From assembly GCA_963700835.1 (NCBI GenBank), contig CAVOZD010000025.1, forward strand, positions 20,960 through 84,959: a stretch of DNA of 64,000 bases. Reading direction: 5' to 3'. The notes below the pieces were generated by a model, which saw only the letters and a list, made by a program, of their open reading frames with translations, was not told the DNA's origin and made no database searches. A program made the translations under genes and the position numbers. This document shows positions 1-10,284 of this stretch, one piece after another (within the stretch, counting starts at the first letter, position 1; every line of letters begins with the position of its first letter). This DNA is from an uncultured Alphaproteobacteria bacterium (GTDB lineage: Bacteria; Pseudomonadota; Alphaproteobacteria; Rhodobacterales; Rhodobacteraceae).

Positions 1-813
1 CGAACGCTCCGCGAGAGCGCCTTCTACGAGACCGTGCTTCTCGCGCAGGACGTCGCCGACGCCCGGTGCTTCGCGCTGGTCAACGCGCAGGGCCGGCAGT
101 GCGGCGGCTTCGTCGCGCGGCGCGGCGGCCAGCTTGACGCGAGGGGCAGGCGCACGCTCGACCGGTTGCTGCCCCATGTGGTGCGCGCGATGTCGCTCGA
201 TGCGATGGCGCGGCGCCGGCGCGGAAGCGTCGCGGCGCTCGGCGCCGTCCTGGAGCGTGCGGGGACGGGGTTCGCGCTGCTCTCCGCCGACGGTCGCGTC
301 CTGGTCGGCAACGAGGAATTCGAGACGATCGCCGCGGCGGCGGACGGGCTGACCACCGCGAACGGACGCCTTCGGTTGCGCGGCGCAGACCGCAAGGCGC
401 TCGCCGCACATCTGGCGCGGCTCGACGGCGCGGCGCCCGCGGACGCCGAGACGCTGGACCTGCTGGTCGCGCGCCCGTCCGGACGGCCGGCGCTCGCGCT
501 CACGGTCTTTCCCGCCTTAGGCTGGAGCGGCGTTCCCGGCGCCTCGGCCGCCTGCGCCTGCCTCTTCGTCACCGATCCGCTCGCCAAGACCCAGCTTCCG
601 CCGGTCGAGACGGTCATGGCGGCGCTGGGCCTGACCCCCGCCGAGGCCCGGGTCGCGCGGCTGACCCCGCTCGCCATGTCCCGCCGCGAGATCGCCGATG
701 CGCTGGGGCTGTCGGAGAATACCGTGAAGTCGCATCTCGCCGCCGTCAGCGGCAAGCTCGGCCTGCGCAATGGCCAGATCGCGCGGGTGGTGTCGCGGCT
801 GCCGCCCGGCTGA
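1..813 (+). CDS. LuxR-family HTH transcriptional regulator, 5'-partial
   Basis: Frame is open from base 1; C-terminal LuxR HTH LTPAEARVARL...EIADALGLSENTVKSHL. Confidence 0.8.
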   Translation, partial: RTLRESAFYETVLLAQDVADARCFALVNAQGRQCGGFVARRGGQLDARGRRTLDRLLPHVVRAMSLDAMARRRRGSVAALGAVLERAGTGFALLSADGRVLVGNEEFETIAAAADGLTTANGRLRLRGADRKALAAHLARLDGAAPADAETLDLLVARPSGRPALALTVFPALGWSGVPGASAACACLFVTDPLAKTQLPPVETVMAALGLTPAEARVARLTPLAMSRREIADALGLSENTVKSHLAAVSGKLGLRNGQIARVVSRLPPG

Positions 814-823
814 GCGCCCCGCG

Positions 824-1498
824 TCAGCGCCTGCGCCGGCGTGCCGACGCATCCGGGCGGGGCGCGTCAGCCTGGTCCTTGAGCCCCAGATGCTCCATGG
901 CGAGGTCCCAGATCTGACGCCTGCGATAGCCGATGTCTTGGATGAAGTCGTGCCGGGCGGAGTTGACCGCGCGCAGCGCCACCTGCGGGAAGCGCGCGAT
1001 GTTGCGCGCCTGCCAGGCGTCGGCGGCGAAACCTTCGCCATGGACGAGCAGGATGCGCCCGGCGTAGCCCGAGCCCTCGAGGAATGCGCCGGCGTCGCGC
1101 CGCGCGTCGTCGGGCTCGAGCGCGAAGAGCCGATCCCTGACCGGGGCGAGCCGGTCGTCGTGCGCGAAGGACGCCGCGGCGAAGGAGGTGACCGCGCCAA
1201 GCCCGAGGACCAGATCGAAGCCGTGCGCGATCGCCTGGCGGAGGGCCATGTAGCCGCCGCTCGACGCGGCGATGCCGATGTTCACCCCGGTCGCCGACTT
1301 CTCGCGGGCGATGTAGGCGCTCATCGCGTCCAGACCGTCAAAGCCGTCCCCGCCGTCCAGAAACAGCGTCTCTCCGGTATCGAGGAAGCCGTGGGAATTG
1401 TAGCCGCGGAGCTGCACGTGCTCCATGATCCGCAGCGGCTTGATCCCCATGATCTGGCCGGAGAATCCGGTGAACAGGAAGACCGCGCCGCGGCTCAC
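824..1498 (-). CDS. hypothetical protein, possible alpha/beta-hydrolase fold
   Basis: Protein-like composition; nucleophile-elbow-like IAASSGGY and late LLVHG motif; starts 20 nt after the gap stop. Confidence 0.55.
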   Translation of the reverse strand: MSRGAVFLFTGFSGQIMGIKPLRIMEHVQLRGYNSHGFLDTGETLFLDGGDGFDGLDAMSAYIAREKSATGVNIGIAASSGGYMALRQAIAHGFDLVLGLGAVTSFAAASFAHDDRLAPVRDRLFALEPDDARRDAGAFLEGSGYAGRILLVHGEGFAADAWQARNIARFPQVALRAVNSARHDFIQDIGYRRRQIWDLAMEHLGLKDQADAPRPDASARRRRR

Positions 1499-1517
1499 AG
1501 GCCGCTCCCGCCGAGGC

Positions 1518-2519
1518 TCAGATCAGCTTTCCCATCGCCACGGCCACGTCCGACATGCGGTTGGAGAAGCCCCACTCGTTGTCGTACCAGGTCAGGATCC
1601 GGCACATCGTGCCGTCCATCACCTTGGTCTGGTCGGTGTGGAACACCGACGAATGGCTGTCGTGGTTGAAGTCCGAGGAGACGAGCTTCTCGTCGGTGTA
1701 GCCGAGCACGCCCTTGAGCGGGCCGTCGGCCGCCGCGCGGATCGCCCCGTTGATCTCCTCGACCGATGTCGCGCGGCTGGCGACGAAGGTCAGGTCGACG
1801 ACCGAGACGTTCGGGGTCGGCACCCGGATCGCCACGCCGTCGAGCTTGCCGTTGAGCTCGGGCAGCACCAGGCCCACGGCCTTGGCCGCGCCGGTCGAGG
1901 TCGGGATCATCGAGAGCGCGGCGGCGCGGGCGCGGTAGAGGTCCTTGTGCATCGTGTCCAGCGTCGGCTGGTCGCCGGTGTAGCTGTGGATCGTGGTCAT
2001 GAACCCCTTCTCGATCCCGATGGCGTTGTTGAGCACGTAGGCCACCGGCGCGAGGCAGTTGGTGGTGCACGAGGCGCAGGAGACCACGGTGTCCGCGGCG
2101 GTCAGCGCTGCGTCGTTGACGCCGAAGACGATCGTCTTGTCGGCGCCGGCCGAGGGCGCGGAGACCAGCACGCGCTTGGAGCCGTTCTCGAGATGGATCG
2201 CCGCCTTGTCTCGGGCGGTGAAGATGCCGGTGCATTCCAGCGCCACGTCGACGTCGCCCCAGGGCAGCGCCCTGGGATCGCGCTCGGCGGTGACCCGGAT
2301 CGGGCCGCGGCCGACGTCGATCGCGTCGCCGCTGACGGTGACGGTTCCGGGAAAGCGGCCGTGCACGCTGTCGTAGCGCATCAGGTGGGCGTTTGTCTCG
2401 ACCGGGCCGAGATCGTTCAGCGCCACGACCTCGATGTCGTCGCGCCCCGATTCCACGATGGCGCGCAGCACGTTGCGCCCGATGCGGCCGAAGCCGTTGA
2501 TGCCTACCTTGACCGCCAT
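1518..2519 (-). CDS. gap: type I glyceraldehyde-3-phosphate dehydrogenase
   Basis: [15 protein letters not shown], catalytic [18 protein letters not shown]; start moved to ATG at 2519. Confidence 0.97.
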   Translation of the reverse strand: MAVKVGINGFGRIGRNVLRAIVESGRDDIEVVALNDLGPVETNAHLMRYDSVHGRFPGTVTVSGDAIDVGRGPIRVTAERDPRALPWGDVDVALECTGIFTARDKAAIHLENGSKRVLVSAPSAGADKTIVFGVNDAALTAADTVVSCASCTTNCLAPVAYVLNNAIGIEKGFMTTIHSYTGDQPTLDTMHKDLYRARAAALSMIPTSTGAAKAVGLVLPELNGKLDGVAIRVPTPNVSVVDLTFVASRATSVEEINGAIRAAADGPLKGVLGYTDEKLVSSDFNHDSHSSVFHTDQTKVMDGTMCRILTWYDNEWGFSNRMSDVAVAMGKLI

Positions 2520-2666
2520 GCCCGTCCCCCTGTTCGCGCCGCGCGCGCTCGCAATACAGGCCCGCGCGGCTTCCCGCAAGCGGGCGCCGGCCGGGCGTGG
2601 AGCGAGCCTGGAGAGCTCGAGCCGGTTCCGGCTGTGGTTTCAATGCTTAATGTCGACTCGTCCCGA

Positions 2667-2699
2667 CTGGAAAGCGGCTGGAAACTGGCTGGAAAACGG
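2667..2699 (+). repeat. three tandem 11-bp units CTGGAAANNGG
   Basis: ctggaaagcgg / ctggaaactgg / ctggaaaacgg starting at 2667, 2678 and 2689. Confidence 0.85.
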
Positions 2700-2874
2700 C
2701 TTGCCACAAGTTCACTCGGCATCAACGTTTAACGTGAGGGATCTTCCGACTGTCGGCGCCCAATCGATCGCGCAACTCCAGGACGCTGCGCCATGGCCGG
2801 ATCGAGCCCAGGGCGGTAAGTCGGCCGATGGCGCATCGCAACCAACCTGCGGTCAACCCGGCGCACCACCGCTC

Positions 2875-3079
2875 AAAGTCCGCCGCACCGCGCCCTGCCG
2901 GCCGAAGAAGACGCGGATCACCGCCGCCTTCGACGTCGAGGTGGTGCGCTGGTACCGCGGCCTCGGCCACGGCTACCAGGCGCAGATGAACGCGGTGCTG
3001 CGGGTCTACATGCATGCGGTGATCGCGACGGAGATCGAGCAGCGGGGGGGGCCGGGACTGGAAGGGGGATCTGATTTGA
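2875..3079 (+). pseudogene. BrnA-antitoxin-family (ribbon-helix-helix) gene fragment, 5'-truncated, with a +1 frameshift in a G8 run
   Basis: KKTRITAAFDVEVVRWYRGLGHGYQAQMNAVLRVYM matches the BrnA-type pattern; removing one G from 3044-3051 gives QRGGRDWKGDLI-stop (TGA 3077-3079); no plausible start. Confidence 0.7.
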
Positions 3080-3094
3080 GGGGGGCCGTTAGGC

Positions 3095-3112
3095 GGGCAC
3101 GCGTGCCCTTTT
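3095..3112 (+). terminator. probable intrinsic terminator
   Basis: Palindrome gggcacgcgtgccc followed by TTTT, 15 nt after the restored BrnA stop. Confidence 0.5.
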
Positions 3113-3209
3113 ACGAATCCGCTCCCACACGGGTATGCTTTACACGACAACGTCAAGATCTGAAGTTCCTGGAACTTGGCTGCAACGACGGAATAATTGC
3201 TCGGCAACG

Positions 3210-3587
3210 TTAGTCGCGCACTTGGTATTTGTCCCGTGCGATACGGATAAGGATCGGTGACCCGCCAGCCCGAGCGTAGGTGAACTCGACGACATCAATC
3301 AATTGCGCCATGCGGGTTGCACCGTCCGGCTCCGGGCAGCTCATCCCAATGCGACTCAGCTCTGCGAAACGTGGCTGCTGAAACCTCTGGTGGTTGAAGT
3401 CCTTATCCCAAGAGATGAGCACTCGTTGCGCCTCAATTGCTGCTACTGCGACGGTAGGATCTTTCGCGTCGGCGGCCATGACCTCTCGCACAAGTTCCAC
3501 GTCGTGCCCGCGCTCGCGAAGGAAGTGCGCCACTGAATCGGGCACGTTGTTATCAAGCAAGAAGCGGATGACCGCGGGAAACGCCAT
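3210..3587 (-). CDS. DUF5615 PIN-like toxin (VapC45-like)
   Basis: FLLDNNVP...LRERGHDV...D...RVLISWDKDF acidic PIN motifs; start overlaps the upstream stop (TAATG). Confidence 0.85.
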   Translation of the reverse strand: MAFPAVIRFLLDNNVPDSVAHFLRERGHDVELVREVMAADAKDPTVAVAAIEAQRVLISWDKDFNHQRFQQPRFAELSRIGMSCPEPDGATRMAQLIDVVEFTYARAGGSPILIRIARDKYQVRD

Positions 3588-4234
3588 TAAGCGGCGGTAG
3601 CCCTCATGCTCTTTCGGGCCTCATCCACATCGCCTTGGCGCAATTCCGGAAACTCGCGCAGAATGTCGGGTGTTGGAATGCCGCGGTCAAGATAGGCGGT
3701 AACCGCGGCGACGGGAATCCTCGTACCTTCAAAAACCGGACGATTGTTCATCACGAAACGTTCTCGGACGACATGACCGATTGTCTGCCCCTCCCGGGTG
3801 TTGAGTTCGCGAATGGCGTCCTTGGTGCTCCGGATAGCAGTCGTCAACGGGATGTCTAAGACACGCTGTCCGCTAACGACCTCCAGACGATCGCCGGTTC
3901 TCGGATCATCGAATACGACACGCTTACCCAGCACATAAAGCGTGGTCGCGGTCCATCGCTCCTCTCCCAGGTGCGCGAGGCGTTCGGAAACTTGTCGAAG
4001 ATGCTGCAACGGCACTTTGTGCACGTTCCGAAGCTGCCCCAGCACACGCAACGAGACGATGTCCCGGAAAGAATAAATCCGGCTGTAGGGCAGCCTGCGG
4101 TTCGACTCGGCGTAGCTTGGTTTTAAGAAGCCATTTTTGTCCCATTGGCGTAGCTGACCTTTCGTCAGCCCGGACAAGCGGGCAGCATCTGCGTCGCTAA
4201 ACGCTCCAATGACTTGGTTATTGTGCACAGCCAT
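3587..4234 (-). CDS. MerR-like HTH plus DUF433 antitoxin (VapB45-like)
   Basis: N-terminal AARLSGLTKGQLRQWD...RIYSFRDIVSLR; C-terminal MNNRPVFEGTRIPV...ILREFPEL; start moved to ATG 4234. Confidence 0.85.
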   Translation of the reverse strand: MAVHNNQVIGAFSDADAARLSGLTKGQLRQWDKNGFLKPSYAESNRRLPYSRIYSFRDIVSLRVLGQLRNVHKVPLQHLRQVSERLAHLGEERWTATTLYVLGKRVVFDDPRTGDRLEVVSGQRVLDIPLTTAIRSTKDAIRELNTREGQTIGHVVRERFVMNNRPVFEGTRIPVAAVTAYLDRGIPTPDILREFPELRQGDVDEARKSMRATAA

Positions 4235-4433
4235 CCTCGCAGCGCGCTCAGCACGTCTTTTTGTAGAGATGATGCAGAATTCGGTGCGCGTCAATCTTGA
4301 CGGGCTCATCGTAGGAAGGGACCCGCATGACAGCACCCGACCCAGCCTCCTTGACGGCACCGCAATTGAGACCGCTGTTGACACAAAAGGGCCTGTTCGC
4401 TGGTTTTCGTGCTTCCCGTAGTTCTCCCCCTTT

Positions 4434-4522
4434 CACTGATTTGTCCGTCGACAAATCGGTGCGCGCCTGCCTGCCCCCGGCAGGCGCGACAGACGCGCCC
4501 GCCAGGCAGGCGCGCACCGATT
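4434..4522 (+). repeat. hairpin repeat family, copy C
   Basis: 12-bp stem with tetraloop at 4434-4461; perfect 20-bp inverted repeat 4454-4473/4503-4522; core GCGCCTGCCTGCCCCC...GCGCCCGCCAGGCAGGCGC shared with the copies at 33918 and 36207. Confidence 0.85.
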
Positions 4523-4550
4523 CCGCGCCGTCGGGGAGGCTTGGGGCCCC

Positions 4551-4619
4551 TCGCCCTGCGCGCTCGCGCGCTGCGGGCGACCGGATCGCGCGGGGCGGTG
4601 CCCCGCTTGGGCGATCCGG
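4551..4619. repeat. two further GC-rich hairpins
   Basis: tcgccc...gggcga (4551-4580); ccggatcgc/gcgatccgg (4581-4589/4611-4619) enclosing gcggggc-ggt-gccccgc. Confidence 0.7.
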
Positions 4620-4681
4620 GGGCTGGGGTCGCTGTCTTTCCCGGAGGACGGGCCAGTCTCTCGGGACGGGGCGGGGTCGGG

Positions 4682-6191
<1,510 letters not shown>

Positions 6192-6396
6192 GGTGGCCCC
6201 CTCCAGCGCGCCGTATACCCGGCGCCGGTCTCCGTGATAGGGTCGATCGCGGCTGGCGTCACCTTCGAAGGCGGAGCGGCGCGCGCGTCAAATCCTTTCG
6301 ATCCGCCGGGACCACGATGGTGGACCAGGCGGATCAGCGGGCGGTCGGATGCCGTTCGCGGCATGAGGGAGGGCGACCGAACTGCGTCGGGCGATC

Positions 6397-6936
6397 GTGG
6401 TGATGGGCGTCGCGGGCGCGGGCAAGACCTCGGTGGCCCGGCAGGTCGCCGCCGCTCGCGGCCTGTCGCTGATCGAGGGCGACGACCTGCACCCGCCCGG
6501 CAACATCGCCAAGTCCTCGGCCGGCGTGCCGCTCACCGACGAAGACCGCTGGCCCTGGCTGGACGCGATCGCAGCGCGCATCGCTGCGGAGCCGGCCGAC
6601 GAGGCAGTGGCCACCTGCTCCGCGCTCCGGCGCGCCTACCGCGACCGGCTGCGCCGCGGCGCTGGACGTCCGCTGGTCTTCCTGTTCCTGCACGGGTCGC
6701 CCGACCTGCTCGCCGAACGCATCGCCGCCCGCATCGAGCATTTCGCACCTCCTAGGCTTCTGCAAAGCCAGCTCGCCACGTTGGAGGAGCCGCTAGACGA
6801 GCCCGACGTGCTTCGGGTGGCGATCGACGGGCCGATCGCCGCGGTCGTGGCGCGGGCGACGGCCTCGCTCGCGGAGGAGCCCGGGACGCCGCCGCCAACA
6901 GGCGGTGCGATTGCAAGCCCGCCGCGCCGCCGATAG
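6397..6936 (+). CDS. gntK: gluconokinase
   Basis: VMGVAGAGKT P-loop, EGDDLHPPGNI, LTDEDRWPWL, LQSQLATLE; start uncertain. Confidence 0.85.
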   Translation: MVMGVAGAGKTSVARQVAAARGLSLIEGDDLHPPGNIAKSSAGVPLTDEDRWPWLDAIAARIAAEPADEAVATCSALRRAYRDRLRRGAGRPLVFLFLHGSPDLLAERIAARIEHFAPPRLLQSQLATLEEPLDEPDVLRVAIDGPIAAVVARATASLAEEPGTPPPTGGAIASPPRRR

Positions 6937-6963
6937 AACGTCCCGGCTCCACGGGAACCCTGC

Positions 6964-7743
6964 ATGGCCCAGAACTTCCGACACTCCGAGATCCTGACGC
7001 TCGCGCGACAATCCGGAAAGGTCACCGTCGAGGATCTGGCGGCGCACTTCAGCGTGACCGCCCAGACCATCCGCCGCGACCTCGCCGAGCTTTGCGACGT
7101 CGGTCAGCTCACCCGCGTGCACGGCGGCGCGATGATCCCCTCGGGCGTCATCGCGCTCGGATACGAGGACCGGCGCAGCCTCGCCAGCCGCGAGAAGGAC
7201 GCGATCGCGCGGCTGGTGGCCCAGCACATCCCCGACGGCGTGTCGATCTTCATGAACATCGGCACCACCACCGAGGCGGTGGCGCATGCGCTGCTCAAGC
7301 ACCGCAACCTGATGGTGATCACCAACAACCTCAATGTCGCCAACATCATGGCCACCAGCCCCAACTCGGAGGTGATCGTCGCGGGGGGCATCCTGCGCCG
7401 CGCCGACGGGGCGCTGGTGGGTGACGTCACCGCCGAGTTCATCGGCCAGTTCAAGGTCGACTACGCCATCATCGGCTCGGCGGCGGTCGATCCGGACGGC
7501 AGCCTGCTCGACTACGACTTCCGCGAGGTCCGCGTGGCGCAGGCGATCGTCAAGAACGCCCGCAAGAGCTACCTCGTCGCCGACCACACCAAGTTCAACA
7601 TGGTCGCGCCGGTGCGCATCGCCTCGCTCGCCGACCTCGACGGGTTCTTCACCGACGTGACGCCGCCCAAGACGATCGTGCGGCTCTGCGCCGACCACGA
7701 CGTGTTCATCCGCACGGTCGAGACCTCGTCCCGGGCCGGCTGA
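6964..7743 (+). CDS. DeoR/GlpR-family transcriptional regulator
   Basis: VTAQTIRRDL HTH, RVHGGA, IGTTTE; on the opposite strand from the nearby glpK. Confidence 0.92.
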   Translation: MAQNFRHSEILTLARQSGKVTVEDLAAHFSVTAQTIRRDLAELCDVGQLTRVHGGAMIPSGVIALGYEDRRSLASREKDAIARLVAQHIPDGVSIFMNIGTTTEAVAHALLKHRNLMVITNNLNVANIMATSPNSEVIVAGGILRRADGALVGDVTAEFIGQFKVDYAIIGSAAVDPDGSLLDYDFREVRVAQAIVKNARKSYLVADHTKFNMVAPVRIASLADLDGFFTDVTPPKTIVRLCADHDVFIRTVETSSRAG

Positions 7744-7805
7744 CCGGCGCTTGCCTCTACCAATGGCGGGCGAAATGTGATCGTCTCCCGCACCAGGGAG
7801 GCTCC

Positions 7806-9482
7806 ATGAACAAGACCGGGGCGGAAGTGCTCGTTGACTGCCTGCTCGCGCAGGGCGTCGACACCGCGTTCGGCGTGCCCGGCGAGAGCTATCTCGCGGT
7901 GCTCGACGCGCTCTACGAGGTCTCCGACCGGATCCGCCTGATCCCCAACCGCCACGAGGGCGGGGCCGCGTTCATGGCCGAGGCCTGGGGCAAGCTGACC
8001 GGGGCGCCGGGGGTGGCCTTCGTCACCCGCGGACCCGGCGCGACCAACGCCGCCATCGGCGTGCACACCGCGATGCAGAACTCCACGCCGATGCTGCTCT
8101 TCATCGGCCAGGTCGAGACCGGGATGAAGGGCCGCGAGGCCTTCCAGGAGATCGACTACCGGGCGTTCTTCGGGCCGATCGCCAAGTGGGCGGTCGAGGT
8201 CGAGGATCCCGACCTGATGGCCGAGACCGTGGCGCGCGCCTTCGCGGTGGCCCAGAGCGGGCGGCCCGGACCCGTGGCGGTCGCCCTGCCGGAGAACGTG
8301 CTGACGGCGGTGACCGAGCGCATGGCGGGGCCGAGGGTCCGCGTGCCCGAACCCGCCCCGTCGGCGACCGACGTGGCCGAGGCCGCGCGGCTTCTGGCGG
8401 CCGCCGAGCGGCCGGTGATGCTGGTGGGCGGCGGCGGCTGGCGGGCGTCGGGGCGCGCGGCGCTCGACGCCTTCGCGCGCGCCGCGGGGCTGCCGGTGCT
8501 GTCGGCCTTCCGCTACCGGGATCTCTTCGACAACCACGCGCCGCAGTTCTGCGGCGACGCGGGCCTGGCCAAGCCCGCGTGGATGCGCGCGCTCATCGCC
8601 GAGGCCGATCTGCTGCTCGCCGTCAACGTGCGGTTCGGCGAGATCGCCACCGACGGCTGGACCCTGCTCGAACCGCCGCGCGCCGGACCCAAGCTCGTGC
8701 ACGTCCATCCCGGCGCGCGCGAGCTCAACAAGATCTACACCGCCGACCTGCCGATCCAGAGCGGCCCCAACGCGTTCATGGCGGCGCTGCGCGACGCGGC
8801 CGTGCCGCCCCGGCGGGCCTGGGCCGAGCGCGCCGCCGCGGCCCGTGCCCAGCACGAGGCGAGCCTGCGGGCGCCGCCGCAGCCGGGCGCGCTCGACATG
8901 GGCGAGGTCATCGGCTGGCTCCAGGCCAACCTGCCCGAGGACGCGATCCTGACCAACGGCGCGGGCAACTTCGCGATCTGGCCCAACCGGCACTTCGCCT
9001 TCGGCCCGCGCCAGCGGCTGCTCGCGCCGCAGTCGGGAGCGATGGGCTACGGTCTGCCGGCGGCGATCGCGGCCAAGGTCGCCCGACCCGACGCCTGTGT
9101 GGTGTGCTTTGCAGGCGACGGCGACTTCCAGATGACCTGCGCCGAGCTCGGCGCGGCGCTGCAGTCGGGGGCGCGGCCGATAGTGCTGGTGCTCAACAAC
9201 GGCAGCTACGGCACGATCCGGATGCATCAGGAGCGCGCCTATCCCGGCCGGGTCAGCTTCACCGACATCGAGAACCCCGATTTCGTCGCCCTCGCCGGGG
9301 CCTACGGCTTTCACGCCGAGCGGGTGCGCGAGACGTCCGAGTTCGCCGCGGCCTTCGGACGGGCGCAGGCGTCGAGCACCGGCGCGCTGCTCGAACTGGT
9401 GGTCGACGTGGAGGGTCTGACCCCGCGCGCGACGCTGAGCGCGATCCGGGCCGAGGCGCGCAGGGGGCTTGCCCATGCCTGA
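7806..9482 (+). CDS. thiamine pyrophosphate-binding enzyme (acetolactate-synthase-like family)
   Basis: FGVPGESYL, RHEGGAAFMAEA, TRGPGATN, GDGDFQM...NN TPP motif. Confidence 0.92.
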   Translation: MNKTGAEVLVDCLLAQGVDTAFGVPGESYLAVLDALYEVSDRIRLIPNRHEGGAAFMAEAWGKLTGAPGVAFVTRGPGATNAAIGVHTAMQNSTPMLLFIGQVETGMKGREAFQEIDYRAFFGPIAKWAVEVEDPDLMAETVARAFAVAQSGRPGPVAVALPENVLTAVTERMAGPRVRVPEPAPSATDVAEAARLLAAAERPVMLVGGGGWRASGRAALDAFARAAGLPVLSAFRYRDLFDNHAPQFCGDAGLAKPAWMRALIAEADLLLAVNVRFGEIATDGWTLLEPPRAGPKLVHVHPGARELNKIYTADLPIQSGPNAFMAALRDAAVPPRRAWAERAAAARAQHEASLRAPPQPGALDMGEVIGWLQANLPEDAILTNGAGNFAIWPNRHFAFGPRQRLLAPQSGAMGYGLPAAIAAKVARPDACVVCFAGDGDFQMTCAELGAALQSGARPIVLVLNNGSYGTIRMHQERAYPGRVSFTDIENPDFVALAGAYGFHAERVRETSEFAAAFGRAQASSTGALLELVVDVEGLTPRATLSAIRAEARRGLAHA

Positions 9483-10284
9483 CTACGGACGCATCCTGAT
9501 CACCGGCGCCGCCGGCAGCCTCGGCGGGCATCTCCGAAGCGGGCTGCCGCATCTCGCAGACCGGCTGCGGCTCGTCGACGTGCGGCCCATGGGCGCGGCG
9601 GCGGCGCACGAGGAGATTGTCGTCTGCGATCTCTCCGACCGAGACGCGGCCTTCGAGGTGACCCGCGACTGCGACGCGATCCTGCACTTCGCCGGCCATC
9701 CGCGCGAGCAGAGCTTCGACGAGATCCTCGCCGACACGCTGCCCGCCGCCTACAACGTCTACGAGGGCGCGCGGCGGCACGGCGCGAAGCGTGTGGTCTA
9801 CGCAAGTTCGATCCACGCGGTCGGCTTCGCCCCGGTCGAGGAGGTGGTAGACACCCGCGCGCCGCACCGGCCGGACACCTTCTACGGGCTGACAAAGACC
9901 TTCGTGGAGGATCTCGCCAGCCTCTACTGGGACAAGTTCGGGCTGGAGAGCGTCTGCCTGCGCATCTGCTCGTGTATTCCCGAGCCCGCCGACCGGCGCA
10001 TGCTCTGGTCCTGGCTCAGCTTCGCCGACTGCGTGCGGCTGGCCGAAGCCGCGCTGACCGCGCCGCGGGTCGGCTTTTCGGTGATCTACGGCACCTCCGA
10101 CAACGCGCGCGCTGCGGTCTCCAACGCCCATGCCCGCCACATCGGCTTCCGGCCGCAGGACAGCGCCGACGGCTACGCCGCGCAGGTGATCGCGCGCACC
10201 GAGCGGCCCGATCCGCGCTTCGTGGGGCACCGGGTCGTGGGCGGCGGCTTCGCCGCGACCGGACATCCGGATGACGCGGACTGA
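9475..10284 (+). CDS. NAD-dependent epimerase/dehydratase (uronate-dehydrogenase-like)
   Basis: ITGAAGSLG, ASSIHAVG, PDTFYGLTK (YxxxK), LRICSC. Confidence 0.8.
   Translation: MPDYGRILITGAAGSLGGHLRSGLPHLADRLRLVDVRPMGAAAAHEEIVVCDLSDRDAAFEVTRDCDAILHFAGHPREQSFDEILADTLPAAYNVYEGARRHGAKRVVYASSIHAVGFAPVEEVVDTRAPHRPDTFYGLTKTFVEDLASLYWDKFGLESVCLRICSCIPEPADRRMLWSWLSFADCVRLAEAALTAPRVGFSVIYGTSDNARAAVSNAHARHIGFRPQDSADGYAAQVIARTERPDPRFVGHRVVGGGFAATGHPDDAD

Noticed and set aside
2434-3213. 259-aa ORF as a single gene
   Set aside because: Overlaps the gap start; only 2875-3050 looks protein-like (BrnA fragment).
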